NCBI RefSeq assembly: GCF_009914755.1
Contig: NC_060947.1
Source: the human T2T-CHM13v2.0 reference genome, Homo sapiens
Reading direction: 5' to 3' (one strand)
Length of the DNA: 64,000 nt
Part shown: in pieces, positions 27,401 to 40,685 of the stretch
How the letters are laid out: each line of letters starts with the position of its first letter
How positions within the stretch are numbered: position 1 is the first letter of the stretch
Program-made: the position numbers and the translations under genes
The notes under the pieces: model-generated
What the model was told of the DNA's origin: nothing
Seen by the model: only the letters and a program-made list of their open reading frames with translations
Database searches by the model: none

Positions 27401-28290
27401 TACAGATACAAATAGGCTGAGAGTGAAGGGATTGAAAAATATTTCACTGTAAATGGTAACCAAGAGAGATCAGAGTTGACGCTACAACTTTAAGTAAAAA
27501 AAAAAAAACTGTCACAAGAAACAAATATTGCAATTATATAAACAAAAAGGGGTCAATTTATCAAGAGGATATAAAAATGTAAATGTGTAGTCAAGATCAG
27601 AACACCTAAGTACATAAAGTAAATATTAACAGAACCGAAGGGAGAAATAACAATGCAATAATAGTATGGAATTTCGATACCCAATTTTCAACAATGGATA
27701 GATCATAGACAGAAAGTCAGTAAGGACACAATAAACTTGAACAATACTGCAGACCAAATGAACCTAAAAGACATTTACAGAACATACCATCCCACAGCAG
27801 CAGAATACATATCCTTTCCAAGCACACATGGAATGTTCTCCAAGGTAGATCACATGTTAGTCCCCAAAACAATTTAACACATTTAAGCAGTTTAAAATCA
27901 TATCAATATCTTTTTCAATGATATGGTATGAGACTAGAACTCAATAATATAAAGAATGATGGAGCATTTATAAATATGTGAAAATTAAACAATGTACTTC
28001 TGAGAAACCAGTGGATCAAAGGAGAAATCAAAAGGGAAATCAAAAAGTATTTTAACACAACTGAAAATGGAAACACAACACACAAAAACTTACAACATTC
28101 CTTTTAGAACAGCTTTTGCTGCATATAAATGTCTACACTGATAGAAAAGAAAAATCTGAAATAAACAATTTAACTTTGTACCCCAAGAAACTAGAAGAAC
28201 AAAAGGAGCCCAAAGTTAGAATAAAGGTAGTAATAAAGATCAGCACTGAAATAAATAAACTAGATAATAGAAAAGCAATAGAAAATAGCA
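24455..28290 (+). mobile_element. Old L1M element: 5'UTR with a GC-rich tandem array, decayed ORF1 and ORF2 endonuclease region
   Basis: 5' start 'gtcagcaagatag', repeated CCAGGCCC/GTGGACCC units at 24740-25330, ORF1 C-terminus 'cagaaatcttgcaggcc...aaagtgctgaaag'-like near 26580, EN-domain remnants at 27270-28290. Confidence 0.75.
25590..26555 (-). mobile_element. L1PB internal fragment (ORF2 C-terminus), lacking its 3'UTR and poly(A)
   Basis: Minus-strand ORF 25649-25837 [25 protein letters not shown]. Confidence 0.85.
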
Positions 28291-28291
28291 A

Positions 28292-29338
<1,047 letters not shown>

Positions 29339-30130
29339 AAATGCTGGTGAGAATTCTGAGAAGGGGGAACACTAACACACTGTTGGTAAGAATGTAAATT
29401 AATACACCCACTAAGGAAAACAGTATAGAGGTTACTCAAAAAATGAACAATAGATATATCATATGATCCAGCTATCCCACTACTGGTTATTTATCCAAAG
29501 AAAGGAAATCAGCCTAGCAAAGAAATATCTGCACTATCATGATTTTGTAACACTATTCACAGTAGCCAAGATATGGAATCAGTCTGTATGCATCAATAGA
29601 TGAATAAAGAGATAAAATGTGGTGTATATATACACAATGGGATACTATTCAGCCATAAAAAGGAACGAATCCCTGTCATTTAGAGCAATATGGATGTAAC
29701 TGGGTCATAATGTTAAGTGAAATAAGCCAGGCACAGAAAGATGCTTATTGCATATTCTCACTTATATGTGGGAACTAAAAAAAGTTTATCTCACAAAGGT
29801 AGAGAGTAGAATGCCAGTCACCAGAGATTGGGGCAAGTAGGCAGGAGGGAGAGATGAAGAGAGATTGGTTAATAGGTACAAAAATACAATTAGGTAGAAG
29901 GAGTAAGTTCTAGTGTTCAGTAAGGTGACAACAATTAGCTGTAATTTATTATACATTTTGAAATAGCTAGAAGATTTGGAATGTTCCCAACATAAATGAT
30001 AAATGTTTGATACATGATAAATATCCCAATACTCTTATTTGATTATTACACATTATTTACATGTATCAAAATATCACATGTACCCCAAAAATATGTACAA
30101 TTATGTATCAATTTTTAAAAATAAAAAACT
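29339..30130 (+). mobile_element. L1MA 3' end
   Basis: 'atatgatccagctatcccactactgg...atcaaaatatcacatgtacccc...tatgtatcaattttt aaaaataaaaa'. Confidence 0.85.
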
Positions 30131-30211
30131 AAGTTTTTTTAAAAAGACAAACAATATTCAGAAATACTTTTCTACAGAAACTAAGAAAAAAAGAAAACTC
30201 TAATACCTGTA

Positions 30212-30330
30212 CGGTAAGTCCTCACTTAATGTCATTGATAGGTTCTTGGACACTGTGACTTTAAGTGAAACAATGTATAACAAAACCAATTTTCAGTAAG
30301 CTCATTGATATGAACAAGAGTTAAGTTCCA
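30212..30330. mobile_element. TcMar-Tigger-type DNA transposon end (MER6-like)
   Basis: TA followed by TIR-like 'cggtaagtcctcacttaatgtcattgataggttcttgg'. Confidence 0.6.
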
Positions 30331-30334
30331 AAGC

Positions 30335-30755
30335 TGCTTCTACATTTTCAGTATTTGTTATAGCAGCACTCCATTTCTCCAATACCAATTTTCTGTCTTA
30401 ACCCATTTTGTGCTGCTAGAAAGGATGCCACAGACTGGCTAATTTATGATGAACAGAAATGTATTGGCTCATGGTTCTGGAGGGTGAGAAGTCCAAGATT
30501 GAGGGGCTGCTTCTTCTGAGGGCCTTCTTGCTCTGTCAAGCCATGGCAGAAGGGCAAAGAGTGGACAAGAAAAAGAGAGAAAGAGCAGGAGGGGGCCCAA
30601 ACTCATTCTCTTATAGGTAACCCACTCCCACAATAACAAATCCACATAATTAATCCATTCACAAAGATGGTACCCTCATGATCTAAACACCTCTTAATAG
30701 TTTCACCTCCCTGTATGTCTGCATTGGGGATCAGGTTTCAAATGCACAAATTTTA
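30335..30755 (-). mobile_element. MaLR MST LTR with a short adjacent internal sequence
   Basis: 'taccaattttc|tgtcttaacccattttgtgctgct...ggctcatggttctggagggtgagaagtccaagat'. Confidence 0.8.
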
Positions 30756-31445
30756 CCAGAAAAATCGAAGCTTAATTTTTTATATTTCTGGAATTAAAAT
30801 AAATTACATTTTCCTTCCTCTACCCAAATTGAATATCTTGCAAACTTCTTGTTTTTCACACAACCCACTTTGAAGGACAAAAATATAATTTAATATGATG
30901 GTATTAAGGTATTATTTAAAAATAAAAGAGGCAAGATAGCTGAACATTTATGTACTCTAAGTAGAACTTTAAAAAATATCAGTGTATATCAGCGTGTATT
31001 CAATTATGATGTCATTAAAATGCCACAGGCAATATTTAAAAGGAGTTGTAGAACCTCATCCAACATTTTTGGGGTGGGTATTGGGTGCTCTGGGGATGAG
31101 AAAAAAAGAAGTGAATATCCTTTTATTAAATAATTGATTTCAAATCTCTTATTCTTTGTAAATGATATTAACTGGTATCCCACTAACACTTTAGTTCTAT
31201 TGGAAGTTCTGCATTAATCTACAGCATTTTGAAATCTTTCTATGTGTGGGACCCATAATTGTATACAGATAAGAGATCCTTCAGCTGATTTACTGCTAAT
31301 GATGACAGAATCTACTTCCACTCATGTATAACAGGAATTATATACTCCACTAACATTTTTATAGCTCTGCTAACATTTTCAAAAGGCTTATTTAGCAGTC
31401 CAAATGCATTTTATTTTCAAATCACTACACTAATGATAAGCAATC

Positions 31446-31857
31446 TATTATGGCTGAAGTTATGTCCTCCCACCCCCAACTCACATTGTTGGAGTCCTAA
31501 CCTCCAGTGATTCAGAAGTGACCTTATTTGAAAATAGGGTCTTTACAAAGGTTATCAAATTAAAATTAGGTTATTAGGGTGGGCCCTGATCCAATATGAC
31601 TCATGTCCCTAAAAGAGGAAATTTGTACACAGACATAGATAGAGGGAAGACAATGTGACAAGACTTAGGGAGATGAAAGCCATCCACAAAACCAAGCAGA
31701 GAGGCGTAGGACAGATCCTTTCCACACACTCCTCAGAAGGACTACCAACACCTTGATTTCAACTTCCAGCCTCTAGAACTGTGAGACAATAAATTTCTAT
31801 TGTTTAAACCACTTAGTCTGTGACACTTGTTTATGGTAGTCCTAGCAAACTAATACA
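31446..31857 (+). mobile_element. MaLR MLT1B/C-like solo LTR
   Basis: 'cagcctctagaactgtgagacaataaatttctattgttt...ctagcaaactaataca'; near-TSD caatc/ccatc. Confidence 0.85.
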
Positions 31858-32119
31858 CCATCTTAGAGTAAATTAAAGATCCCATATCTACTTCATGTTA
31901 TCATCTTAACTGCAACCAGCCATGACCATGTTTATCTGCCTAGTTTGTTTTCTACTTTGTGTCTCTGAACAGTCCCTTTGATATTTTCTGGCATCATTTC
32001 ATTCAACCTCTCTCTCTTGAACCATCACAGTGAGATCCTTGCTTCCAACCTTGTTTTACTACAATCCAATTCACATTCAAACACTTTAATGCGTTTAGTA
32101 ATATATTTGGGTTTGAATC

Positions 32120-33850
32120 AACTATAAAACTATATGCTCTTTAATTTCCCCTAACTTTTCTTTAGCCCATTTCTCTCCTTCTTTGCCTTCTTTTGTTTTG
32201 CTTTTGTAAATATTGACCGTTTACACTTGGTCAGCTTATATTTTAACTTTTCTTATTTATCTAAGCAATTAAAATATTCATCATTAACTCATTAAAGTAT
32301 ATTGTAAATTAGTACTTGTCACTTCCAGAAAAGCAGACTGAGAATACTTTTACTAACCTCCCATCTTTTGTGCTTTCATTTTCATATACTCTTATAATAC
32401 ATTTATTTTAAATACCATATTTTTACTTTTTAGACAGCCAATATTTATTTATTTTAATTTAATATTTTGTGTTACTCTTCAATCCTCTCTGCTTCCAAAT
32501 GGGTTCATTTTGATCTGCCTAAGTACTTCCCTTAATATTTTCATTATTGCAGGTTGGCTAGAGATGATCGATTCCTCTCAGTTCTTATTTCTCTGAAAAT
32601 GTCTTTTTGCTGCCTTTATATTTGAAAGACATTTTTCTCGGTATAAAATTCTATGCTTGCAGTTTTTTTTCCATCACACATTGAAGACTAATTCCATTGT
32701 CTTTTGGCATCAACTGTTAGATTTTTTTTTGGCAGTTTTACTACCGTGATGTGTCTTGGAGTGGTTTTCTTTGCATGTTTTCTACTTGGTATTTGGGGTA
32801 TTTCTTGAATTTATGGCTTGATGTCTTTCATGGACTGGAGAAAATTCTTGGTCATTATCTCTTCAAATATTGCTTCTTTCCCTCTCTTTCTTCTTTCTAC
32901 TATTTTAATGACTTATATGTTAGATATTTTCACCATGTTCAGTATGATGCTTATGATCTCATCTGTATTTTCTACCCCTTGTCTCGCCATATTTTAATAT
33001 GCATTTTTCCACTGAACTGTCTTCCAGTTCACTACACCTTTTTAAAATTAACAATGTCTAATGTGCTATTATTGCACACTCATTGCGTTCTTGATATCAG
33101 CTGCTATCTTTTCTAGTTCTAAATATTTCATTTTTGCCATAGTTTTCTGTTGTCTTCTGAAATTCTTCATGCTTTCAACTACTTTCTTGAACATATTAAT
33201 TGCAGTCATTTTAAACCTCACCTCTGATAACTCTAATATCTGGATCTCTTAGATTCTGCTCCTGTTGGTTATTTGGTCTTTTCTTTTTCATGCATTGGGT
33301 CTTATATTCATAGGACTGCTTACTTTTTAATGGATTGCTGGACATTATGCAGAACACACTGTGAAATAATTTGCATCACTGGATGATGTACTCTTGAGGG
33401 AATTTACATTGATTCTGGCAGGCAGTGATATTCAAGGTAAGTAAACCTAACCCAATCTGGGGTTGAGCTGTTTCAAAACAGGGCTTCAGTATTTTTACAG
33501 GCTAATCTATTTCACTCTTAATCCTTTGGCCATCACAACTGAATATCTGTAGTGGCTACCAGGGCCCCTCATATTTGATGGGCCATAACCTTAGCTTTTA
33601 TCATTTGACCTGCGTAAGAGTACTAGCAGCTCTGCTCATCTTCCCATCCTCTTAGTCCACTGCTTTCTGTTTGGATTCATACTAATTGTGAATTTACAAA
33701 AGCCTCAAAAAGTAAAGCAGTGTGGTATTTGAGGCTCACTGCTCTGGATTTCTTTCTCTTGGCATGTTGACCCCTTGAATCTTCACTGCCTTAATATTTC
33801 TCCAGTGCCTTCCAACATAGATCTAAAGATGTATTTCAGCTTTCTCTATG
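32120..33850 (-). mobile_element. Old L1M (L1MC/ME) ORF1-region fragment
   Basis: 'ttgaaagacatttttctcggtataaaattcta...ggagaaaattcttggtcattatctcttcaaatattgc'. Confidence 0.65.
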
Positions 33851-35374
33851 TTTGTTACAGTTGCTTAGAAAAAAAATATAACTGATTATACTCAGGACAT
33901 TTCAAGTCCTCTCTTCTAGCTATTTTGAAATATGTAATACATTATTATAGTCAAGATACTCTGCTATTGAACATTAGAAATGAAGTGAAATGAAACTTCA
34001 TTCATAGATAAAAGACATGGTATTTATATCTCTTATTTTATTCAAAATTCTAAACAATAACATGGTAAATTGTGGACTAATAATCAGATCTTGAGTGATT
34101 CCTCAGGAAAAATATTTATCTTCCTTATATCTGTGAGAACTAAAATTACTATTGTGAAAAGAAAAACACCACTCAAAAGTAGCTTAGATAATTGTTAAAT
34201 TAGAGCCATTTTAGGATGGTAATTAAATTTCATAGAATGGTGGTCTAGAGGACTGAATTTTTATTTTGTTATCTATTAACTTTTTTACAAGCTTGTTGGT
34301 GCATAAAAAATGTTAGTAGTTTGCTCAGTATGCTTTATTACTAGTTTGCTCAGTATTACTAAGTGTTAAAGTATTTGTATTGTCTAGTTTGCTCAGTATT
34401 ATTTATTACTAAGTGTTAAAATATTTGTATTGTCTTAAAGAATGATTTTTAGATATTGCCTCATATACACGCTTGGTGTGAAAGAATATATTAATTTCAT
34501 GGTGTTTCAGAAGGTAAAACAAACCAAACACAAAAGGAAATGAGTAAGAGACAGTTTGATAATATATAGCTTGATAAATCTAAATAATCTAAAATAAGAA
34601 ATAAGATACATTCTGAAGCTATCTCAAAGGCAATAAATTGTACCAGTATATTTTATTTTAAGATTCTCAGGCATTCTTCCTAACATTAAGTCCTCTTAAA
34701 TTCATCTTCTACAGTTCTGTCAGATTAATCACCTAAAACTTCTAATGTTCTATTCAAATGGCTCCCAGTTTTCTAGTGAATAAACACTGTCTCCTCAGTT
34801 CCACATACAAATACATTCCTTTGTAACTTGATTCCCTATCTATATCTGTAACCCTCTCTCCTTCCAGTTTTCTCTAAAATCCCTGCATTCTAACTTCCTC
34901 CCAATTGTATACATTTCATAATGCTGTTGAGTCTTTCTGGATCACCTTTTCCTAACTTTCACCTGGAAACCTCTTATTTGTAAGCTGCAAGACATATATC
35001 GCCTTACTTAATTCTCCCAAGAGAAGTTAGCTCTCTCTTTAATTTCCATGGTACATGACATAAATTAGAGTGATATAATTAATGTTTGTTAACTTTTCCT
35101 GTGTTGCAAAGTCAATGGTAAATGATTTACATAACAATTGCGGGACTTAAAATGTTGTCTTGTGATAGATTTATGTTTTCCACATCACTAGATTGTCATG
35201 AGTTTTTGTGCTATTTCCTTTGCACACTCAATGAGAAGACAGACAAATCCAGGGAGATAAAGACAGGCATATTAATTCCAGAATATATATGCCAAGATTT
35301 TTAATTTTTAAAACTCTGATAGGATTAAAAATTATATTTTCTGAAAAATTTAAATATGCACCTACTACATGACT

Positions 35375-35635
35375 CAGTCCAACTATTCTCCAAATAATTT
35401 GCACCATTTTACATTCCCCAGGATTGTTTGAGTGTTCTAATTGTTCTACATCCTTGCGAACACTTGGTATAGTCAGTCTTAATTACATCTATTATAATAG
35501 GTGTGTGGTGGTATTTGATTGTGGGTTTGATTTGCATTTTCCTAATGACTAATGGTTATGAGCATCTTTCATGTGTTTATTTGCCATCTGTATGTCTTTA
35601 TTGGTGAGGTGTCTGTTCAAATATTTTGCTCATTA
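35375..35635 (-). mobile_element. L1M ORF2 C-terminal fragment
   Basis: 'accattttacattcccc...ttgcattttcctaatgactaatg...tgtctgttcaaatattttgc'. Confidence 0.75.
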
Positions 35636-37137
35636 AGGAAAAATTTTAAATTAAAAAATTTATTTTTCTAAGAAAACTTTCTACAGCGGACATTTATTTT
35701 TGAAAAAAAAAAAAAAAAACCCAAGCAAGTGAAACACATAATCAACCCAGTTATGGCATATTTATGTGGTTGATGCAACAAAATATAGGAAATCTAGACT
35801 ATCCCGAGCAGTTTGCCATGTATGATTATTGAAATTTAAAAGGGGAGTGAACTGGTTGGTTGAGCAGTTTCAAGTGATGTGCTTAAGATAGTTTATTGAC
35901 ATATGCTGAGATTGTTATTTTAAGAAAAACTATGCAACCAAACGTATAGATAGGAATTAGAAGTGTAAAACCATTTTAAAATTACGGATAAATAGCAGTA
36001 TAGATGGCATAACTATGAATGGAAATGTTCAAAGGCAGACTTTGTTTATATATGCTGTAGATACTAGAAATGAAAACCCAAAGACACAGACCTTGCCTTT
36101 TATTCATCACTGGAGCTCAGAACCTAGAGTGAGACTTACAAAGAGAAAATTGCAAATGATCCAATAAGTACTATGATAAAGGCATACAAAAAAAAAAAAT
36201 GAAAAGAAAAAGCAATGGGGATTATGGCCTACTAAACAATTCTGGGTGAGGCTTCCAAGCAGAGGCCATAGCAGAGGCTTGAACCCTTTTATGATATTGA
36301 TTTTGTTTAATTATAAACTTATAAAAGCATTGAATATAATAGAAATATGGAATATATAGAAAGCATAAATAAAAAAATACAAATCACCCATGACTTACCT
36401 CCCAAAGATACGCATTAGTATTAGTTTTAAATATTTCATTGCATATATTTTTGCATCTGTTTTAAAGGATTGTGTTGTCATGGTGTGCATAATTATGCAT
36501 CTTGTGTAAAAATTTAACTTTAAAATACAGAATAAACAAGTAAGAAACAAGAAAATATCAGACAGTAATACTTGTTATGCAGAGAATTAAATTGTGGTGA
36601 TGTGACTGAAAGTCACTGAGTGGATTTTTAAATTGGGTGGTCAATGAAGGCTCTCTATGGAAGTTCTACGTAATCTTAGAATATATGGCAAGCACTGTAA
36701 TTAGCTGCAGGAAGCTGCAGGAAAAAACAGGTGAATATCAGTGCAAGCTATGGAAACAGTGGTGTACAGATCTCCGGACAGGATCAAACTCAGCATGTTT
36801 GAGGAACAGGAACAAAAGACAGCGTAACTGAATTGTAGTGGCAGGTTCAAGAGTAATAGGAGATGAGACAAGATCACGCATGACCTGGTAGTCACGCGTA
36901 CGGAGTTTTGTAAATGGGCGAGGCTACAAGGGGAATACTTCCTTAGCCCTCATAGTAGCACAGGTGAGGGGTAATGCTGGCTCCACCTGCTGTAGCTACA
37001 GCTGAGACAGACGTAGAGTGGTAAGTTCAGGGGTCATTTTAATAGCAGGGACTTCAAGATTTACTGATGTTTAGATCTAAGAGAATTAACAAGAAGGAGG
37101 GATCTTGGGTGACACTTAGATTTTGATGTAGAAAAAC

Positions 37138-37793
37138 CAGTCATGTGCCACATAATATTTCAATCAACAATGGACCACATAGATGACAGTGGTCTTATGA
37201 GTATAATGGAGCTGAAAAATTCCCATTGCCTATAGATGTCATAGCTGTTGTAACATCATAGCACAATACATTACTCACATATTTGTGCTGATGCCAGTGT
37301 TATTACTGAAGAAAGAAAAATTGAAAAATAAATTTAGTGTAGCCTAAGTGTACAATGTTTATAAAGCCCTAAAGTAGTGCACAGTAATGTCCTAGGCCTT
37401 CACATTTACTCACCAATCATTAACTGACTCACCCAGAGCAACTTCCAGACTTGCAGGCTCCATTCATGGCAAATGCCATGTATAGGTGTACCCTTGTTTT
37501 ATCTTTTATACAGTATTTTTACTATACCTTTTCTATATTTAGATATGTTTAAATACACACACACACACACACTTACCATTGTGTTACAACTGTCTACAGC
37601 ATGAAGTACAGTCATGTGCTGTATAGGTTTATAGCCTAGGAGCATAGTTTAGTTTATAGCATATAGGCTGGTGTGTAGTAGGCTATCCCATCTAGGTTTA
37701 TGTAAGTACACTCTATGATGTTTGCACAACAATGAAATTGCCTAATGCTGCACCTCTCAGAATGTATTCCTGTCATTAAGTGATGCATGAGTG
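37138..37793 (+). mobile_element. Tigger3 (Golem/MER7) non-autonomous DNA transposon, about 650 bp
   Basis: TIR 'cagtcatgtgccacataat' at the left and 'cattaagtgatgcatgagtg' plus TA at the right. Confidence 0.85.
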
Positions 37794-37809
37794 TACACAG
37801 ATGATGGCT

Positions 37810-37923
37810 TAGGGTGATTTACTCATCCTGGCATGTCTCAGACTTTCCCAGTTTCAGCACTGAAAGAGCTGTGTCCTGGGAAAACCCTTAGTCCTAGGCA
37901 AATAGGGACAGCTGTTCAAACTA
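37810..37923. mobile_element. MER81-like hAT MITE
   Basis: 'tagggtga...ttcccagtttcagcactgaaag...gggacagctgttcaaacta', about 114 bp. Confidence 0.7.
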
Positions 37924-38819
37924 AATATGACTTAATGTGAAGTAGGTGTTATTGTTGTGGGTGGGAGGAAAAAGAACCAACAGTCATATTTCGTTTTTTT
38001 GGTATTTTGAAGTATGAGATGCCTTTACACATCAGAGTTGAAGGAGGAACATTAATGGGACAGAAATAAGTATCATTTTAAATATTAGAAAAGAATCATG
38101 GAGGGAATAATCCAGTTCAAATATCTTGTATTTCAGTTGTTCTGTATTGCTGAAAACATTGCATAATCATGATCTGCTTAAGAAATTCAGACGCATATTG
38201 TTAGCTTATGGATGTTGATTATTGTAACAATTAGACTGCTTCCTAAATAGAATAGTCACGTGGTTGAATTGTTATTGAATTACTCAAAATATTTCTGTTT
38301 AAACCAAGTGACAATGGTATCAGATTCTGATTATCAGAAGTACTGATTCAGTGAAAAAAGTTATGTATGTTTATTTGCATAAAACATTACATATTCATTA
38401 AATGTCAACATGTTCAAAAATCCCTCTTACTTATAGCTACTTTTCCTCTAAATTCCATATGGTTTGTCCTCAACGTTTCCTGATCTTTTCCTTCACAAAG
38501 TCTTCAAGTACTTTAGATGTCAGTTTAAGTAGTTTATCCCAAAGGTAGAAAACTGAAGCAAGGCCTGCTCTATGTTTAGTTTTAACCACTGATTAAGTAC
38601 TCTAAATGTGAAAGAGGTATGGGAAAGGGACAGGAATTTTGTGATAGCAAAATTCTAAGAGAAAATTTTGCCTTATGGTACCTTGTTACATTGGCATTTT
38701 GCTTATTGAACAGGGAAACAAAATTATGGGAAGTAGTTGGAAGCTTTAGAGTCAGAGGATACAGATGAACATTCTGTCTGAATTGCCATATACACATGCA
38801 TTTGTATTTAAGAACTTCT

Positions 38820-39110
38820 GGCCAGGTGCAGTGGCTCACGCCTGTAATCCTAGCACTTTGGGAGGCCGAGGTGGGTGGATCACCTGAGATCAGGAGTTCA
38901 AGACCAGCCTGGCCAACATGGTGAAACCCCTTCTCTACTAAAAATACAAAAATTAGCCAGGCGGGGTGGCGGGTGCCTGCAGTCCCAGCTACGTGGGAGG
39001 CTGAGGCAGGGAGAATTGCTTGAACCCAGGAGGTGGAGGTTGCAGTGAGCCGAGATTGCGCCACTGCACTCCAGCCTGGGAGACAGAGCAAGACTCTGTC
39101 TCAAAAATAA
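38820..39110 (+). mobile_element. AluS (Sx/Sz-like) with a very short tail
   Basis: 'gatcacctgag...gttcaagaccagcctggccaacatgg'; near-TSD aagaacttc/aataacttc. Confidence 0.92.
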
Positions 39111-39378
39111 CTTCAGTCAATTCTATGTATATAATCATTCAGTCTTCTGTATGTAGATCCTTAGTAGACAAACTCATTCATTTTATTTTCAAATACTTAT
39201 TGATAATTTTATTCATAAGCATTCTCCTCATTGGTATAAATAGAGGAATTCTAAAAATTTCCCAAGCCCAAAATATTTCCTCCCCTCTAGTCCTACAGTT
39301 GAACTTACGATTTTCACATGGTTATATACTTGGATTCTTTTAGTATAGTCACTGAAGACTTTTAAAAACAGAAATACT

Positions 39379-39670
39379 GGGCCGGGTGCGGTGGCTCATG
39401 CCTGTAATCCCAGCACTTTGGGAGGCCAAGACGGGTGGATCACTAGGTTAGGAGTTCAAGACCAGCCTGGGAAACAGTGAGATCCTGTCTCTACAAAAAA
39501 TACAGAAATTAGCTGGGTGTAGTGGTGCCTATACCTGTAGTCCCAGCTACTTAGGAGGATTGCTTGAGCACAGGAATTCCAGGTTGCAGTGAGCTATGAT
39601 TGTGTCACTGCACTCCACCCTGGCTGACAGAGTAAGACCCTGTCTCCAAAAATAAATAAATAAAATTAAA
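39379..39670 (+). mobile_element. AluJ with a small right-arm deletion
   Basis: 'ggattgcttgag...gagctatgattg'; TSD gaaatact. Confidence 0.88.
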
Positions 39671-40544
39671 AAATGAAATACTAGTGTGGACACATTAATG
39701 AGCAATCATTAGCATATTATTTAAAATTATTTATCAGCTTATCTACAAGGACTTGAATAATCAATACATAGAACAGGCATCCTTTTGATTAGAGATGGAA
39801 ATCAGAAGGTCCAATTTCATAATGAGCTTGATCCCTAGGGAAATAAGAGCTTGAATATCCTATTACAGTGGAGACTGCTAGTCACTGAAAACAGTAGGAA
39901 AGCAACAACTTTTACCAGTACATACCTGCTTATGAAAAGACAAATAATGTGGAGAGTGCCTCAGGATCATATGTTGAAGGCATGCTATTTACCTCCTAAT
40001 TTCTTTTCCAAAGTGTGATATTAGCATATATTGATGTAGCTCCCTTAGGTCCTGATCAAAACAAAGATAGGGCAATAGTAATAAGGTAAGATGGGGAGAA
40101 CAGATATGCTGTTAGTGTAACAATATATTGATGTTATATCATTAAATTATCATTTTACCAGGAAAACAATTTATGATTTGTTTTCATTATACCATTTCAT
40201 TCATCCCTGCCTGCTACACTCAGAATCTGAAGCCCCTTACCTTAATGTGTGTGATGAGATTGACAGGAAAAGGAAGCTGGACTTGTGAGGATGGAAGGGA
40301 TCTGAGAAGACCGGAAGAACAATGGTGAAGTAAAGTAGAAAAAGTGAGAACACTGGGTGGTCCAGTCTGATGGAGATTCATCTGGATGGTAGGAAAAGGA
40401 AGAGTTTGGGAAAATTAAGTAAATAGTGGTTCTGGGCTATCTATGGGCTTAATCATTAAATTTCCTAAGAAGTTTGCTTTCATGCAATTGCAGCTCTTTC
40501 CGTATCTATCTTGATCTTTATCTCAATATCTATCTATGGCAGAT

Positions 40545-40685
40545 CTTAAAAAATATGTTGTCCAATGTTTTCATTTTAGAGATGAGAAAATTGAGGTTCG
40601 GGGAATTTAAGGGACCTGCTAATGATTAATAGTTAAATTTACATATTTTAAAAACTGGTATTTTTTCCTTCTATGCCACAGGGTT
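40545..40685 (-). mobile_element. MIR fragment
   Basis: 'tcattttagagatgagaaaattgaggttc' MIR core. Confidence 0.65.

Noticed and set aside
32751-33252. 121-aa and 63-aa ORFs
   Set aside because: They lie in an antisense old L1M; low-complexity F/L/I-rich translation.
38582-39343. 169-aa, 68-aa and 107-aa ORFs
   Set aside because: They are translations of the AluS element plus flank; typical Alu-derived spurious ORFs.
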